DNA from: Phycisphaeraceae bacterium
GTDB taxonomy: Bacteria; Planctomycetota; Phycisphaerae; Phycisphaerales; Phycisphaeraceae
Reading direction: 5' to 3'
NCBI GenBank assembly: GCA_963674705.1
Contig: OY771506.1
Coordinates: 1 to 64,000 of the forward strand
Length of the DNA: 64,000 nt
Shown here: positions 1 to 10,800 of the stretch, piece by piece
Position numbering within the stretch: the stretch's first letter is position 1
How the letters are laid out: the number at the start of each line of letters is the position of its first letter
Position numbers and translations under genes: made by a program
Notes under the pieces: generated by a model
Told to the model about the DNA's origin: nothing
The model's database searches: none
What the model saw: only the letters and a program-made list of their open reading frames with translations

Positions 1-2
1 TC

Positions 3-641
3 ATCGTCGACGACGGCTCAACCGACCAGACGCTTACAAGACTGCGGGAGCTACAAACCGAACGGCCGTGGCTGCGCGTCCTGCATCGGCCCGAGCCGAA
101 GGGTCAGTCCGCCGCGATGTTCGCCGGCATCCAGGCCGCGACCGGCACATGCATCGCCACGCTCGACGCCGATCTGCAAAACGACCCCGCCGACCTGCCC
201 GGCATGCTCGCCAAAATCGAAGCGGGTGAAGCCGACATGGTCCAGGGCGACCGCTCACGCAACCGCAACGACCACGCCATCCGCAAAATCGGCAGCCTCG
301 TCGGTCGAAAGGCACGATTGTGGGTCCTCGGCGATCCGGCGCGCGACACAGGCTGTTCCGCTCGCGTCGTCAAAGCATCCATCGCCAAGCAGTTTCCGCT
401 GACGTTCAAAGGCATGCACCGTTTCATGCCCGCCTACGCAAGAATGCTCGGCGCTCGCATTGTCGAGGTGCCCGTCACACATCACGCACGACACTCAGGC
501 GACACCAAGTACGGCATGGGCCTGCTTAGCCGTGGACCCGCCGGACTCATGGACCTCTTTGCCGTGCGCTGGATGACCAAACGCTATCGTGACGCATCAG
601 CCGAACCGGTCGGGCAACCGGCGGATCAACAACAGGCATGA
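3..641 (+). CDS. Glycosyltransferase family 2, DPM1/ArnC-like (5'-truncated by the window edge)
   Basis: Open frame from the window start reads IVDDGSTD; later TLDADLQNDPAD, DTGCS and MHRFMP motifs typical of polyprenol-phosphate glycosyltransferases. Confidence 0.85.
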   Translation: MVDDGSTDQTLTRLRELQTERPWLRVLHRPEPKGQSAAMFAGIQAATGTCIATLDADLQNDPADLPGMLAKIEAGEADMVQGDRSRNRNDHAIRKIGSLVGRKARLWVLGDPARDTGCSARVVKASIAKQFPLTFKGMHRFMPAYARMLGARIVEVPVTHHARHSGDTKYGMGLLSRGPAGLMDLFAVRWMTKRYRDASAEPVGQPADQQQA

Positions 642-1216
642 AAAAACGCTACATGATCATCGGCATCGTGCTTATCGCCGTGATCGGCGTGGGCTATCTG
701 GCGTACATCGGCATCACCACCGAATGGACGCCCGGCGTCGCCATCCACGACACGCCCGACATGGTCGAATACGCCAAGCTTGTCGCCGCCGATGATGAAA
801 ACCCTTCGCCGGCCTACGTCGTCACCTACCTCGACGGCACCACCGAACGCATTACTCCCGAGCGCTACGCCATCATGCTCCTGCGCAAGGAAGACTCGCG
901 ATCGCTTACCTTTAAGCTGCTGAACATCTCCACACCCTTCGGCATCGCGTGGGTCGTGCTCGGCCTGCTCGGGCAGGTCCTGTTCACCGGTCGCATGATC
1001 GTGCAGTGGCTCGTCAGCGAAAAGCAAGGTCAATCCGTCGTACCCCCGATCTTCTGGTGGATGAGCCTCATCGGCGCGTCCATGCTCATCACCTACTTCA
1101 TCTGGCGCAAAGACATCGTCGGCTTCCTCGGTCAAGGCACCGGCTGGCTCATCTACACCCGCAACCTCTGGCTGATCTACAAACATAAACCCGAGGCGAA
1201 AACGAGCGAGTCGTAA
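638..1216 (+). CDS. Lipid A biosynthesis N-terminal (LAB_N) domain membrane protein
   Basis: GLLGQVLFTGRMIVQWLVSEKQGQSVVPPIFWWMSLIG...YTRNL signature; ATGA overlap with the upstream GT2. Confidence 0.85.
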   Translation: MKKRYMIIGIVLIAVIGVGYLAYIGITTEWTPGVAIHDTPDMVEYAKLVAADDENPSPAYVVTYLDGTTERITPERYAIMLLRKEDSRSLTFKLLNISTPFGIAWVVLGLLGQVLFTGRMIVQWLVSEKQGQSVVPPIFWWMSLIGASMLITYFIWRKDIVGFLGQGTGWLIYTRNLWLIYKHKPEAKTSES

Positions 1217-1217
1217 C

Positions 1218-2255
1218 ATGCCCGGCATCAAACGCATCCTCGACGCCAACGCCAACCGCGCCCGCGAAGCCCTGCGCGTCATGGAAGACGCCGCACGTTT
1301 CATCCTCGACGATGCCGAACTATCAAGACAACTCAAACAACTCCGCCACGACTTCGCTAAAGCGATGTCGGCTGTGCCCGGCCTGGAAGTCAACCGTGAC
1401 ACCCCCGGCGATGTCGGCACCTCGATCACGACGCCGGGCGAAATGACCCGCTCGGGTGTTGCGGATGTTGCCACCGCGGCATGCAAGCGACTCACCGAAG
1501 CACTGCGTACGATCGAAGAGTACGGCAAAACCCTCGGCGACTGGACCGGACCCCAAGGTTTCTCCACTGCAATTGAGAAAATCCGCTACCGAGCGTATGA
1601 ACTGGAACGACAACTCAACCTACGCCTGCTTCCTACTCGCCCACGGCAATGGAAGCTGTGCCTGTTGCTGACCGAGTCATTATGCACCCATCAAGGTTGG
1701 TGGAACGTCCTTGATGATGCCGTGAACGCCGGCATCGACTGTGTGCAGGTCCGTGAAAAGAACATGGATGCCGGCAAACTAACCAAACGTGTCAACACCA
1801 TACTCGACGCGTTTGGCACTTGCGTAACGGTAATTGTAAACGACCGGCCCGATGTGGCCATGGCGTCCGGCGCTCACGGCGTCCATTTGGGCCAGACCGA
1901 TATCTCATGTGAAAACGTAAGACAATTGTTCGGCAGCCAACTCATCATCGGCGTCAGCACATCCAACCTAGACGAAGCCAAACAAGCCAAAAAAAACGGC
2001 GCCGACTACTGCGGTGTCGGCCCCATGTTCCACACCACCACCAAACACAAACCCACCCTCGCCGGCCCCGCCTACCTCCGCGAATACCTCGCCTGGAATC
2101 AACTGCCCCACCTCGCCATCGGCGGCATCAACACACAAAACATCCACGAACTGATTGAAGCCGGCGTCCAAGGCATCGCCGTCAGCTCCACTGTATGTAC
2201 TGCCGATGACCCGCTTGACGCCACAAAGAAACTTGTTGATGCGATGAGTGCTTGA
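1218..2255 (+). CDS. thiE: Thiamine-phosphate synthase, long form with N-terminal extension
   Basis: RILDANANRAREALRVMED N-terminal domain; VQVREK, IVNDRPD, GVHLGQTD and AIGGIN motifs. Confidence 0.9.
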   Translation: MPGIKRILDANANRAREALRVMEDAARFILDDAELSRQLKQLRHDFAKAMSAVPGLEVNRDTPGDVGTSITTPGEMTRSGVADVATAACKRLTEALRTIEEYGKTLGDWTGPQGFSTAIEKIRYRAYELERQLNLRLLPTRPRQWKLCLLLTESLCTHQGWWNVLDDAVNAGIDCVQVREKNMDAGKLTKRVNTILDAFGTCVTVIVNDRPDVAMASGAHGVHLGQTDISCENVRQLFGSQLIIGVSTSNLDEAKQAKKNGADYCGVGPMFHTTTKHKPTLAGPAYLREYLAWNQLPHLAIGGINTQNIHELIEAGVQGIAVSSTVCTADDPLDATKKLVDAMSA

Positions 2256-2340
2256 TGTGTAATCGCTGATCGTTAATGTGTAATTGTCATGAGATGATCT
2301 ATTCTTCACATTAGCGTTTAACGATTAGCGATTACACATC
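2254..2340. repeat. Repeat family C: GATGTGTAATCGCTGATCGTTAA...TTAACGATTAGCGATTACACATC long hairpin
   Basis: Further copies at 19276-19361 and 20555-20655; degenerate copies near 11595-11661 and 17485-17570. Confidence 0.8.
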
Positions 2341-2375
2341 TAATGTCTTCTGTGCCTTTTCGTGGTTAAAGATCT

Positions 2376-3635
2376 CTACTTAAACTGCGTTTCATATTCC
2401 TTCAGCAGATAATCCTTCGCCGCTTCAAGCACCGTATCCCTACCCGCGATCAGGTCCGAGCGCGACTGCTTCACCGGTTTATCGGGGATCAAACCCTTGC
2501 GCTCGATCATTCGGCTTAAGAAGCCTGTGTATCCCTTCACCGAGTAGCGCACCTTGAACTTGCCGTTGGTCAATGTGTATACCGTCTTACGCGCCGAGGC
2601 CCCGGCCGTCGGTTCGCCGAAAAACGTCGCACGCTGCTTTGCTACGAACCACGACGCCCAGCCTTCACCCGCACTGATGCAACGCGCGTCGATCAACACC
2701 GCCATCGGCCCGTCAAACACCGGCCGATTCGGGTCACGCTTGGCTTCCACCGGTTCAAAATTCTGGAAAGCCGTGTTCCCGTCGAATGCCCCGCCGCTGT
2801 TGCCGCGCACGTCGAGGATCAACACCTTCACATCCTTCAACTCTCCGACCGCCTGGTCGAGTTTCGCATTCAGTTCCTTACCGATCCGTCGAACGTAGAT
2901 GTAACCGACATCCCCATCCAGACGCTTGTACGACAGGTCCGCATCGTCACGCACGCCCGTCATCGGCACAGGCAACCGCGGGATGTATCCGCCATCCACA
3001 ATCGCCGGCAGCGCCAACGCCCGCTCGCTGCCATCGGTATTCTCAAACACCATATCGACACGGTCATACTGCTCGATCCGCCGGGCGCACCAGCGCGTCG
3101 CGTGATAATCCAGGTACTGCTCACTCGAATAGCCCTGCCACTGGCAGATCGTATTCGCCACCTGGCTGATCGCGTTGCGCGTCGGCTTGCCGTTCAGCTT
3201 CATTAGTTTCATCCCCGGCTCGATCCCCGCCTGGTCCGCAGGGCTGCCGGGCAATACGTAATACACCAGCGCGTCACCTTGATCGTCTTCCAGGCATGCA
3301 AATCCCGGATGCCAGCGCGGGAAGTCAATCGTCGGCAGCTTCGCCGTCCCCGCGATCATGTGTGCGTGCGAATCCTCAAGCCTGGCCACCATCCGGGCAC
3401 ACAACTTCCCGAACGCCGCATCGTCCTGAATCTGCTCCGCCAACGGGATAAACTCTTTGCCGACCGCGTCCCAGTCGATCCCCTTCAGTTCAAAAAACGG
3501 GTAGTTCTTCCCGATCTCGGCGTGAAGGTCACGTAACGCCTGAACGTAAGTTACCTGCTCCTGCGCGGCACAGCGTCCGGCCGCTAGCAGCATAAGCAGC
3601 CACGCCAAACACAGACGAGTCAGGTCTCGTTTCAT
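2376..3635 (-). CDS. Secreted S41-family peptidase with PDZ domain
   Basis: Signal peptide after ATG 3635; PDZ-like VLPGSPADQAGIEPG; ILDVRGNSGG, SAGE, GEPTAG and GLIPD motifs. Confidence 0.85.
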   Translation of the reverse strand: MKRDLTRLCLAWLLMLLAAGRCAAQEQVTYVQALRDLHAEIGKNYPFFELKGIDWDAVGKEFIPLAEQIQDDAAFGKLCARMVARLEDSHAHMIAGTAKLPTIDFPRWHPGFACLEDDQGDALVYYVLPGSPADQAGIEPGMKLMKLNGKPTRNAISQVANTICQWQGYSSEQYLDYHATRWCARRIEQYDRVDMVFENTDGSERALALPAIVDGGYIPRLPVPMTGVRDDADLSYKRLDGDVGYIYVRRIGKELNAKLDQAVGELKDVKVLILDVRGNSGGAFDGNTAFQNFEPVEAKRDPNRPVFDGPMAVLIDARCISAGEGWASWFVAKQRATFFGEPTAGASARKTVYTLTNGKFKVRYSVKGYTGFLSRMIERKGLIPDKPVKQSRSDLIAGRDTVLEAAKDYLLKEYETQFK

Positions 3636-3790
3636 CCCAGCATCCGAAAATAACAAGCCACTAACATCATACCGTACAGCGATCCCGAAAGTAAGCAGCC
3701 TGAAACAAGATATTACATCGATACACGACAACCCCGCCGCAGCCGATCCCATGTTGAACGCATCCCTGAACCCCTTATTCACTCTTCCCC

Positions 3791-3810
3791 AGCCGCTTGC
3801 GGCTTAGCGC
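3791..3810 (-). repeat. Repeat family B: GCGCTAAGCCGCAAGCGGCT
   Basis: Copies at 3791, 6282 and 11463 (minus) and at 20710, 22786 and 22844 (plus). Confidence 0.85.
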
Positions 3811-3895
3811 TCCCGCCCGATACCCCCCAACTTAACCCACCATTTCAACTACAATCCCACCGACCTCAAAGACACCCAAAACACACTTCCCATCC

Positions 3896-6253
3896 ATGCC
3901 CAACGTCTACCACACCGACCTCACCGAATCCCTGCCCGAACCGAACCTCTCGCTATTTACCTTCGGCATCGCATCCAATCCCGCCGGCGACACCATCACC
4001 GCCGACGGCACAAGCCTTATCGAAAACGGAAAACGCATCACACCCGTCATGGGCGAGTTCCACTACGCACGCTACCCACGTGACGAATGGCGCGATGCAC
4101 TACTGAAAATCAAAGCCGGCGGTGTCGACATCGTCGCATCCTATGTTTTCTGGATCCATCACGAAGAAGTTGAAGGTCAATGGGACTTCTCCGCCGACCG
4201 CAACCTGCGCGCCTTCGTCCAACTGTGTGGCGAACTCAACCTGCGCTGCATCATCCGCTGCGGGCCGTGGTGTCATGGCGAGGTACGTAACGGCGGATTG
4301 CCCGATTGGCTATTCGATAAAAACATCAACATCCGCACCGACGACCCGCAATACCTGGCCTACGCAAAGAAACTCTACGAACAGATCGCGTCGCAACTCA
4401 AGGGCCTGCTCTTTAAAGATGGCGGCCCCGTCATCGGCATCCAGATCGAAAACGAATACCGCGGCCACGCACAACACCTGCTCACCTTAAAACAAATCGC
4501 TGTCGATGCAGGGCTCGACGTTCCGATCTACACACGCACCGGCTGGCCCGAACTGCTCGACGCCATGCCGTTCGGCCACATGCTGCCTTTGTACGGCGGA
4601 TACGCCGAGGGCTTCTGGGACCGTGAGCTTGAACCCATGCCGGGCCCCTACTGGAAAGAGTTCGTCTTCAAGCGCGTGCGATCCGATGCCGCCATCGCTA
4701 ACGAACAATTCGGCAGCCGGGAAGCAAAAGATGAACCGGATGTCGTGCGCTACCCGTATCTCACATGCGAACTCGGCGCGGGCATGATGTGCAGCTATCA
4801 CCGGCGCATCACCGTCTACCCCATGGACGTGTTGTCGCTGCTCATCGTCAAACTCGGCAGCGGCAGCAACTCACCCGGCTACTACATGTATCACGGCGGA
4901 ACCAATCCTGTCGGCAAAGAACCACAACTGCAGGAACACCAGACAACCCGACTCACTAACTGGAACGACATGCCCGTCAAGTCATACGACTTCCAGACCG
5001 CGATCGGCGAGTTCGGCCAGCTCCGCGAGCAGTACCACCTGCTCCGCCCGGTACACCTGTTCCTGAAAGACTTCGGGCAGACGCTGGCGCCGCTAAGTTC
5101 TGTCTTCACACACGAAGATGTTACGCAAGACGATACCCGGACCTTCCGCCGCGCCTTCCGCACCGATGGGCAGCGCGGATTCGTCTTCATCAACAACTAC
5201 CACCGCCTGCTGCCTCAACCCGCAAGGCCGGACACGCAGCTCTCGCTGAAGCTGAAGCAAGGCAAACTCATCTTCCCGCAAGCCCCCACCACTGTCGCGG
5301 CTGATACCGCTTTCTTCTGGCCGTTCAATATGGAACTGGGTGATGGCATCACCCTCGAATACGCCACCGCGCAGCCCGTCTGCCAACTGCATGATGGTAA
5401 CACCACCTACACCGTCTTCGCCGAAACCGCCAACCCCGTCGAATTCGCTTTCAAAGGCCAGGCAAACGACACACAACCCCACATCCTGCAAAACGCACAA
5501 CCCGGCACTGATCCCATCATCACACTCACCGCAACCACCGGCCGCGAACATGCCATCGTTCTACTTGATAGAACCGAAGCGCTCGCCTGCTACAAGATCA
5601 AACTCAATCACCGCGAACACCTGCTGATCACCGACACAGCGGTACTTGTTGACAACGATACGATCCGCTTACAGACGACCAACTCGGATCAGCTATCCAT
5701 CAAGCTCCTGCCCGCATGCGATTCGCTCAAACACGACAATAAATCATTACCAGCCACAGCCGACGGCGTCTTCACGCGCTACACCCTCCCGCTTCCCGAA
5801 ACCAAACCGATCAATCTAACCGCACAACACCTCCGGGGGGCGGGCCCCTTGCGTGAGATCACGCTCGGTGAGAAGAACGTCGCCGTCGCACCGACCGACA
5901 AAGATTTTGAAGACGCCGCTACATGGCACATCACCATCCCCGAAGTCCTTGACCTCTCGCAAAACTATCTGCTGCGCATCCACTACACCGCTGATGTCGC
6001 CCGCGCCTACGCAGGCGATCAATTACTCACCGACAACTTCTACAACGCCACCCCCTTCGACATCAGCCTCACCCGCTACGCGCCCGCCATCCAAGAGCAC
6101 GGCCTGACAATCAAACTCATCCCTTTGCAAAGATATGCCCCCATCTTCCTGCTCAACCACCTCCGCCCAGACTTCCCCAACAACGATTCCATCGCCACCC
6201 TCGACAAACTCGAACTCATCCAGACCCACGAACTGCAACTCACCACGTCATAA
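3896..6253 (+). CDS. Glycoside hydrolase family 35 (beta-galactosidase)
   Basis: MGEFHYAR, YVFWIHHE, GPWCHGEVRNGGLP, QIENEY, YYMYHGGTN and SYDFQ motifs. Confidence 0.9.
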   Translation: MPNVYHTDLTESLPEPNLSLFTFGIASNPAGDTITADGTSLIENGKRITPVMGEFHYARYPRDEWRDALLKIKAGGVDIVASYVFWIHHEEVEGQWDFSADRNLRAFVQLCGELNLRCIIRCGPWCHGEVRNGGLPDWLFDKNINIRTDDPQYLAYAKKLYEQIASQLKGLLFKDGGPVIGIQIENEYRGHAQHLLTLKQIAVDAGLDVPIYTRTGWPELLDAMPFGHMLPLYGGYAEGFWDRELEPMPGPYWKEFVFKRVRSDAAIANEQFGSREAKDEPDVVRYPYLTCELGAGMMCSYHRRITVYPMDVLSLLIVKLGSGSNSPGYYMYHGGTNPVGKEPQLQEHQTTRLTNWNDMPVKSYDFQTAIGEFGQLREQYHLLRPVHLFLKDFGQTLAPLSSVFTHEDVTQDDTRTFRRAFRTDGQRGFVFINNYHRLLPQPARPDTQLSLKLKQGKLIFPQAPTTVAADTAFFWPFNMELGDGITLEYATAQPVCQLHDGNTTYTVFAETANPVEFAFKGQANDTQPHILQNAQPGTDPIITLTATTGREHAIVLLDRTEALACYKIKLNHREHLLITDTAVLVDNDTIRLQTTNSDQLSIKLLPACDSLKHDNKSLPATADGVFTRYTLPLPETKPINLTAQHLRGAGPLREITLGEKNVAVAPTDKDFEDAATWHITIPEVLDLSQNYLLRIHYTADVARAYAGDQLLTDNFYNATPFDISLTRYAPAIQEHGLTIKLIPLQRYAPIFLLNHLRPDFPNNDSIATLDKLELIQTHELQLTTS

Positions 6254-6416
6254 CTCAACCTCACCTCCCCCTCAAAACCAAAGCCGCTTGCGGCTTAGCG
6301 CTGTCTTCTCTCTTCCCTCATACTCGCACCCACTGCAACACGAAGCGATCACATCACCCCCGATCGACTGTAAGATATCCCTCAACCAATCCTCCAAAAA
6401 ACTTGAAGGCAACACC

Positions 6417-7805
6417 ATGAAGCTCAGCACGTTCAAACGCATCCAGTCACAACTTCCACTGGCGAGTATCCTTTCGCTCGTGTTCGTCGGCATGGTCTCC
6501 GCGGCGGACGGCAGCGAACCTAAAATCATCGCGGGCTTCGGCTCCTCCGTTTGTGACGGCCAGGGCGACCACTTCGATCAAGGCGGGTACATCGGCAGAC
6601 TCACCACCCGGCTCGCGCAGGACGGCTGGGATGTCCATGACGTCTCGCGCGGTGGGGACAATACCATCACGATCCAAGACCGCTGGCTTGATGGTGACAC
6701 GCCCCCGATCAGACCCGTTGCCCCGGACCGCTATCTCTTACAACACAACCCCGACTACGTCCTGATCGGCCTGTCACTTGCTAACGAAGGCATCATGACC
6801 GACACCGATGCGAAACGAGAGGCGGTGTTCAACCGTTTCCGCACGGGTTTGCAAGGCATCATCGAACGCTGCCGCGCTGAGGGTATCCAGCCTGTCGTCG
6901 CCAACTGTTATGCGCAGTCACACTTCGGGCCGAAGGATTACGAAGCAACCAAACGCATGAACGTGCTGATCAATAGCTGGGACGTTCCCAGTATCAACAT
7001 GCTCGGCGCAATCGATGACGGCCAGGGCCGATGGGCTGTGGGCTTCAACCACGACGCCGGCCACCCGGCAGGCGGGGGCTACGATGAAATGTATCTCGCG
7101 ATCGTGCCCAGCCTGTTCCAGGCGATGGAAGCAGGCAAACCGGTCCCCAAACGCACAACCGGCCCGGGCTACGCACACCTCGCCGCATCCGACAGCCCCG
7201 CGCTGAGTTTCACCCCGGCCGATCCGATGCACGCCTTCGCACAAGCTATCACATTCCGCTGTGAAGCCGACGGCCCAATAGCAACCATCCTCGGCAAGCA
7301 AAGCACGCTGCAAACCACCACCGAATCCTTCGGAAAAGCAAGCCGAATCATCGAAACCGATAAACCATTCAAAGCAACCGTCCAAATCAAAGATGGACAC
7401 CTCGAATATCAATCCACCGACAGTAAAACCATACGCTCAACCAATCCCGTCAACGACGGCAAATGGCATCAACTGGTTATCTCTCACCGCGCCGCACGCG
7501 GCCAGACTTTGCTGTACCTCGACGGCCAGCTTATCGACACGATCGAACAACGCCTCACGCCTGAATCCTTCCAACTCGGCGGCGGGCCCGCTTGCGATCT
7601 GCGTGAATGGTTCGTGTACCGCTCCGCACTCAACGACTATGAAGTTGCCGAACTGAACGACGGCCGCATGATCCAATCCAGCCTCGAACTCTACGCCCCG
7701 TTGAATGACGATCAATTCAACGCCAGCAAGCCAGTCAAAAACCTGGCACAGAGTCTTTCTGAAGCCATCGTCATCGATGGAGATATCGAAGTGAGAACCA
7801 AGTAG
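6417..7805 (+). CDS. Secreted SGNH/GDSL hydrolase with C-terminal LamG/ConA-like domain
   Basis: Signal peptide; FGSSV, LANEG and DAGHP blocks; VNDGKWHQLV...LYLDG LamG-like motif. Confidence 0.75.
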   Translation: MKLSTFKRIQSQLPLASILSLVFVGMVSAADGSEPKIIAGFGSSVCDGQGDHFDQGGYIGRLTTRLAQDGWDVHDVSRGGDNTITIQDRWLDGDTPPIRPVAPDRYLLQHNPDYVLIGLSLANEGIMTDTDAKREAVFNRFRTGLQGIIERCRAEGIQPVVANCYAQSHFGPKDYEATKRMNVLINSWDVPSINMLGAIDDGQGRWAVGFNHDAGHPAGGGYDEMYLAIVPSLFQAMEAGKPVPKRTTGPGYAHLAASDSPALSFTPADPMHAFAQAITFRCEADGPIATILGKQSTLQTTTESFGKASRIIETDKPFKATVQIKDGHLEYQSTDSKTIRSTNPVNDGKWHQLVISHRAARGQTLLYLDGQLIDTIEQRLTPESFQLGGGPACDLREWFVYRSALNDYEVAELNDGRMIQSSLELYAPLNDDQFNASKPVKNLAQSLSEAIVIDGDIEVRTK

Positions 7806-7851
7806 ATTAAGTAAGTGTGGACGCCCGGTGTACAAGAAGCCAAATGGTCCG

Positions 7852-10800
7852 CTACCGCCGCTTCATCAACCCAAGCACACTAAGCATCAGCACCGCTGCG
7901 CTTGTGGGCTCGGGGATGGCCGCGCCATCCGTCGGCGGCATGCCTGCGTTCCAGTTCTGCAGCACGGTATCCAGATCCTGCAGCCCCACGTAACCGTTAC
8001 CCGAAACATCCGCACGCGGGTCTCCCGGCGGCACCGCCAGGTTCCAGTTGGTCAGGACGATATCCAGGTCGGATAGCCCGACGAAACCGTCGCCGTCCAG
8101 ATCGCCTTCGATCGGTGTGACGCCGGAAACGAGCGCGATGTTGTTCGACGAACCGCCATCATCGTAAGCGTATTCGATGTAGTAACCATCGGGCAGACCC
8201 GTCACGTTTTCACCAAACGTGCCGGCCAGCGAGCCATACGTCGCAAAGATGTACGCTACATCATCAATCGCGCCGCCCCCCGCGACAATTGAAAAATCCA
8301 CCGCCCCGCCGCCAAGGTCAAGCAAGCCGCCGACACTTAAGATGTCCGCCAAGCCATCACCACTGCCGTCCAATTCAATCGCAAGCGTGCCGTCCAGCGC
8401 CACCGCACCCACCACGCTAAGCGTATCAATGCTATTGCCCGGCCCAACGAACGAACCCGCCTCCCCCGTCAACGACAGAACCGTCCCCGCCCCGCCAAGC
8501 GTCGCACCGCTCTGCACAATCACATCACTATTGGTTAGTGATCCATTCACCACCAGCTTGCCCGCGCTGACCGTTGTTTCGCCGTTGTAGGTGTTCGTCC
8601 CGGCTAGCGTAAGCGTTCCCGCACCGAGCTTCGTCAATCCGCCATCGGTCGTAACCGATGCATCATGCACGAGAGCCTGCGCGATCGTGATCACTTGGCC
8701 GTTATCATCAATCACCGCCCCGCCAGCCTGCACGTTAGCAGTCAATCCCGTCAACGCCGGCAAAAAGCTCGCGTTCGCTGTCGTCCCGCCGTAACGCAGC
8801 GTCCCGCCGTTAAAATCGATCTGCGATGTCTGGCCCGCACCGATCGATCCCTTTAAAAATCCGCCGAGGATCGTCGTGCCGCCATCCAGATTCAATTCAC
8901 TGGTCGATGTACTTGTTGATGTACTCAGCAGATCAAGATTCGCCGCACCGATCGACATCATCGCGTTATCCATCACCGTGATCGATCCGCTTGTCAGCGT
9001 CTTGCCCCCGCCCATCGACAGGCTGCTCGCCGTCATCGTCGTGTCATCACGCAGCGTCAGACTCGTCTCACTCCCATCACGCCCGACAATCGCAGGCCCG
9101 CTCGTGATCGTCCCATCCTCACTCAGTTCAACATGCCCCGTCTTGATAATAAAGTACTGCGATCCACCCAGCACATTGCCCGTCAGGTTCAGTGTCGCGT
9201 TGCTCCCGGTCGTCTTCAAGCGGATCTGCTTATTGCCCGCCATACTGATATCGCCCGCGAATGTCGCGTACGCATTGTCATCAGGCACATCGAGAATCTC
9301 GTAGATATAAGCCGTCACCAGATCATTGCCGACCGTCACGCCGTCACCAAGCTGTACCGTCCCGCCGGAAGAACTGATCGCAATCGCGCCCGAGCCCGCC
9401 GCGTTATCATGCACCAGCTTCAACGAGCCCGTCAGGTCCGTCCCGCCTGAATAGCTGTTGTTGCCCGAGAGGATCAGCGTTCCGCCGCCGGTCTTCGTCA
9501 GCGTTCCGCTTCCGCTGATCACGCCGGAAAACGCTCCGCTATGACCGTTAGTATCAAACGACCCACCGCTGCTACCCAACACAGTACTCACACTGATATC
9601 GATTTCACCCGTCGCGCGAATCGTCCCGCCATCAATAAGTACCGATCCGGGCCGACCGTTGTTCGCGATCGTCCCGCCTTGCAGCGTTCCACCCGCGGTT
9701 AACGAAATCGAACCCGACTGATCATCTTGACCTAACAGCAGTCGACCGAACGTTGCGGTCGCATTGCTGATCGTAAGCGTCCCACCCATCATCGTCGCAG
9801 TATCAAACACATCCAATGTCCCGCCCGTCATCGTCAGCCCGCTGGTGAATGTCAGTTGCCGAGCAAACGCGTTACCCGATCCGATCGTCAGACTCCCCCT
9901 CGCGACCGCATGATCTGCAAGCGTCGGCATATCCCCGCCCCAAATTGCTGTATCCGACCACTCTCCCCCTCCACCTCCATCCGAGACAAACTCGCCTTCC
10001 GCACCCAGCTCGTTCACATACACCTCGAGCATCGTGTAGCCTGACGCATCCAGGTTCTTCCAGTCATTCGCATCCGAACCGCTCAAACCGTTCGCCGCTT
10101 CCCAGTTATCTGCAACCCCGTCGTTATCGCCGTCCGTAAACCGCGCCCGCGAAATCACGTACTGCGGGTCGCTGCCGTAATTCGGAAATAGATCCGTCTC
10201 ACGCTGGATCACCCCGCCAAACGTGCCGTAGCTGAGAATCTCATCGATGACGCGCGTATCGACCGCATCACGAATAATCGAAGGCCCAGCATGTTCAAGC
10301 ACGTACGCCAACGCATCCTGCGCCGACATCGCCGTCGTCGTCGGGAACGCGAAAGGCGTAGCAACCACATCAGCCCCCGGATAACTCGTCACGAGCGTCC
10401 CATCCAGCACGCCGTTACGGTTCGCGTCGACCCAGTTGTCTTCGCCGTAAATATGAAAGTTAGCCGTCCCGCTGTTGAAAGGCCCACTGCCATCGACAGG
10501 CCCTTCGATAAAGTAATTACCGATCGCGTTGGCGTGCGAGTCCATACCCGTCGTGTCGCCCATGATGTAGCCGGCATTCTCCCAGCCGTACACAACGTTA
10601 TTGATAAATTCGTTCTCGCCTCGCACCTTCGGGTTGCGCGTCACGTTGTCAGAAAAGATGCTGCGGATAACACTGAAACCGTTACCCTCCGGTATCGTCA
10701 TCAACCCGCCGGCGCTATGCCCCAGCCTGTCCAATCCCTGCGCAATGATCGAGTCCTGGATCGTGATGTTATCCAGCGCGTTACCCTTGCCGTCCCAGTT

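Noticed and set aside
7852..9500. Classical type V autotransporter
   Set aside because: Only passenger-associated repeats are present; the C-terminus is dockerin-like + PEP-CTERM rather than a beta-barrel.
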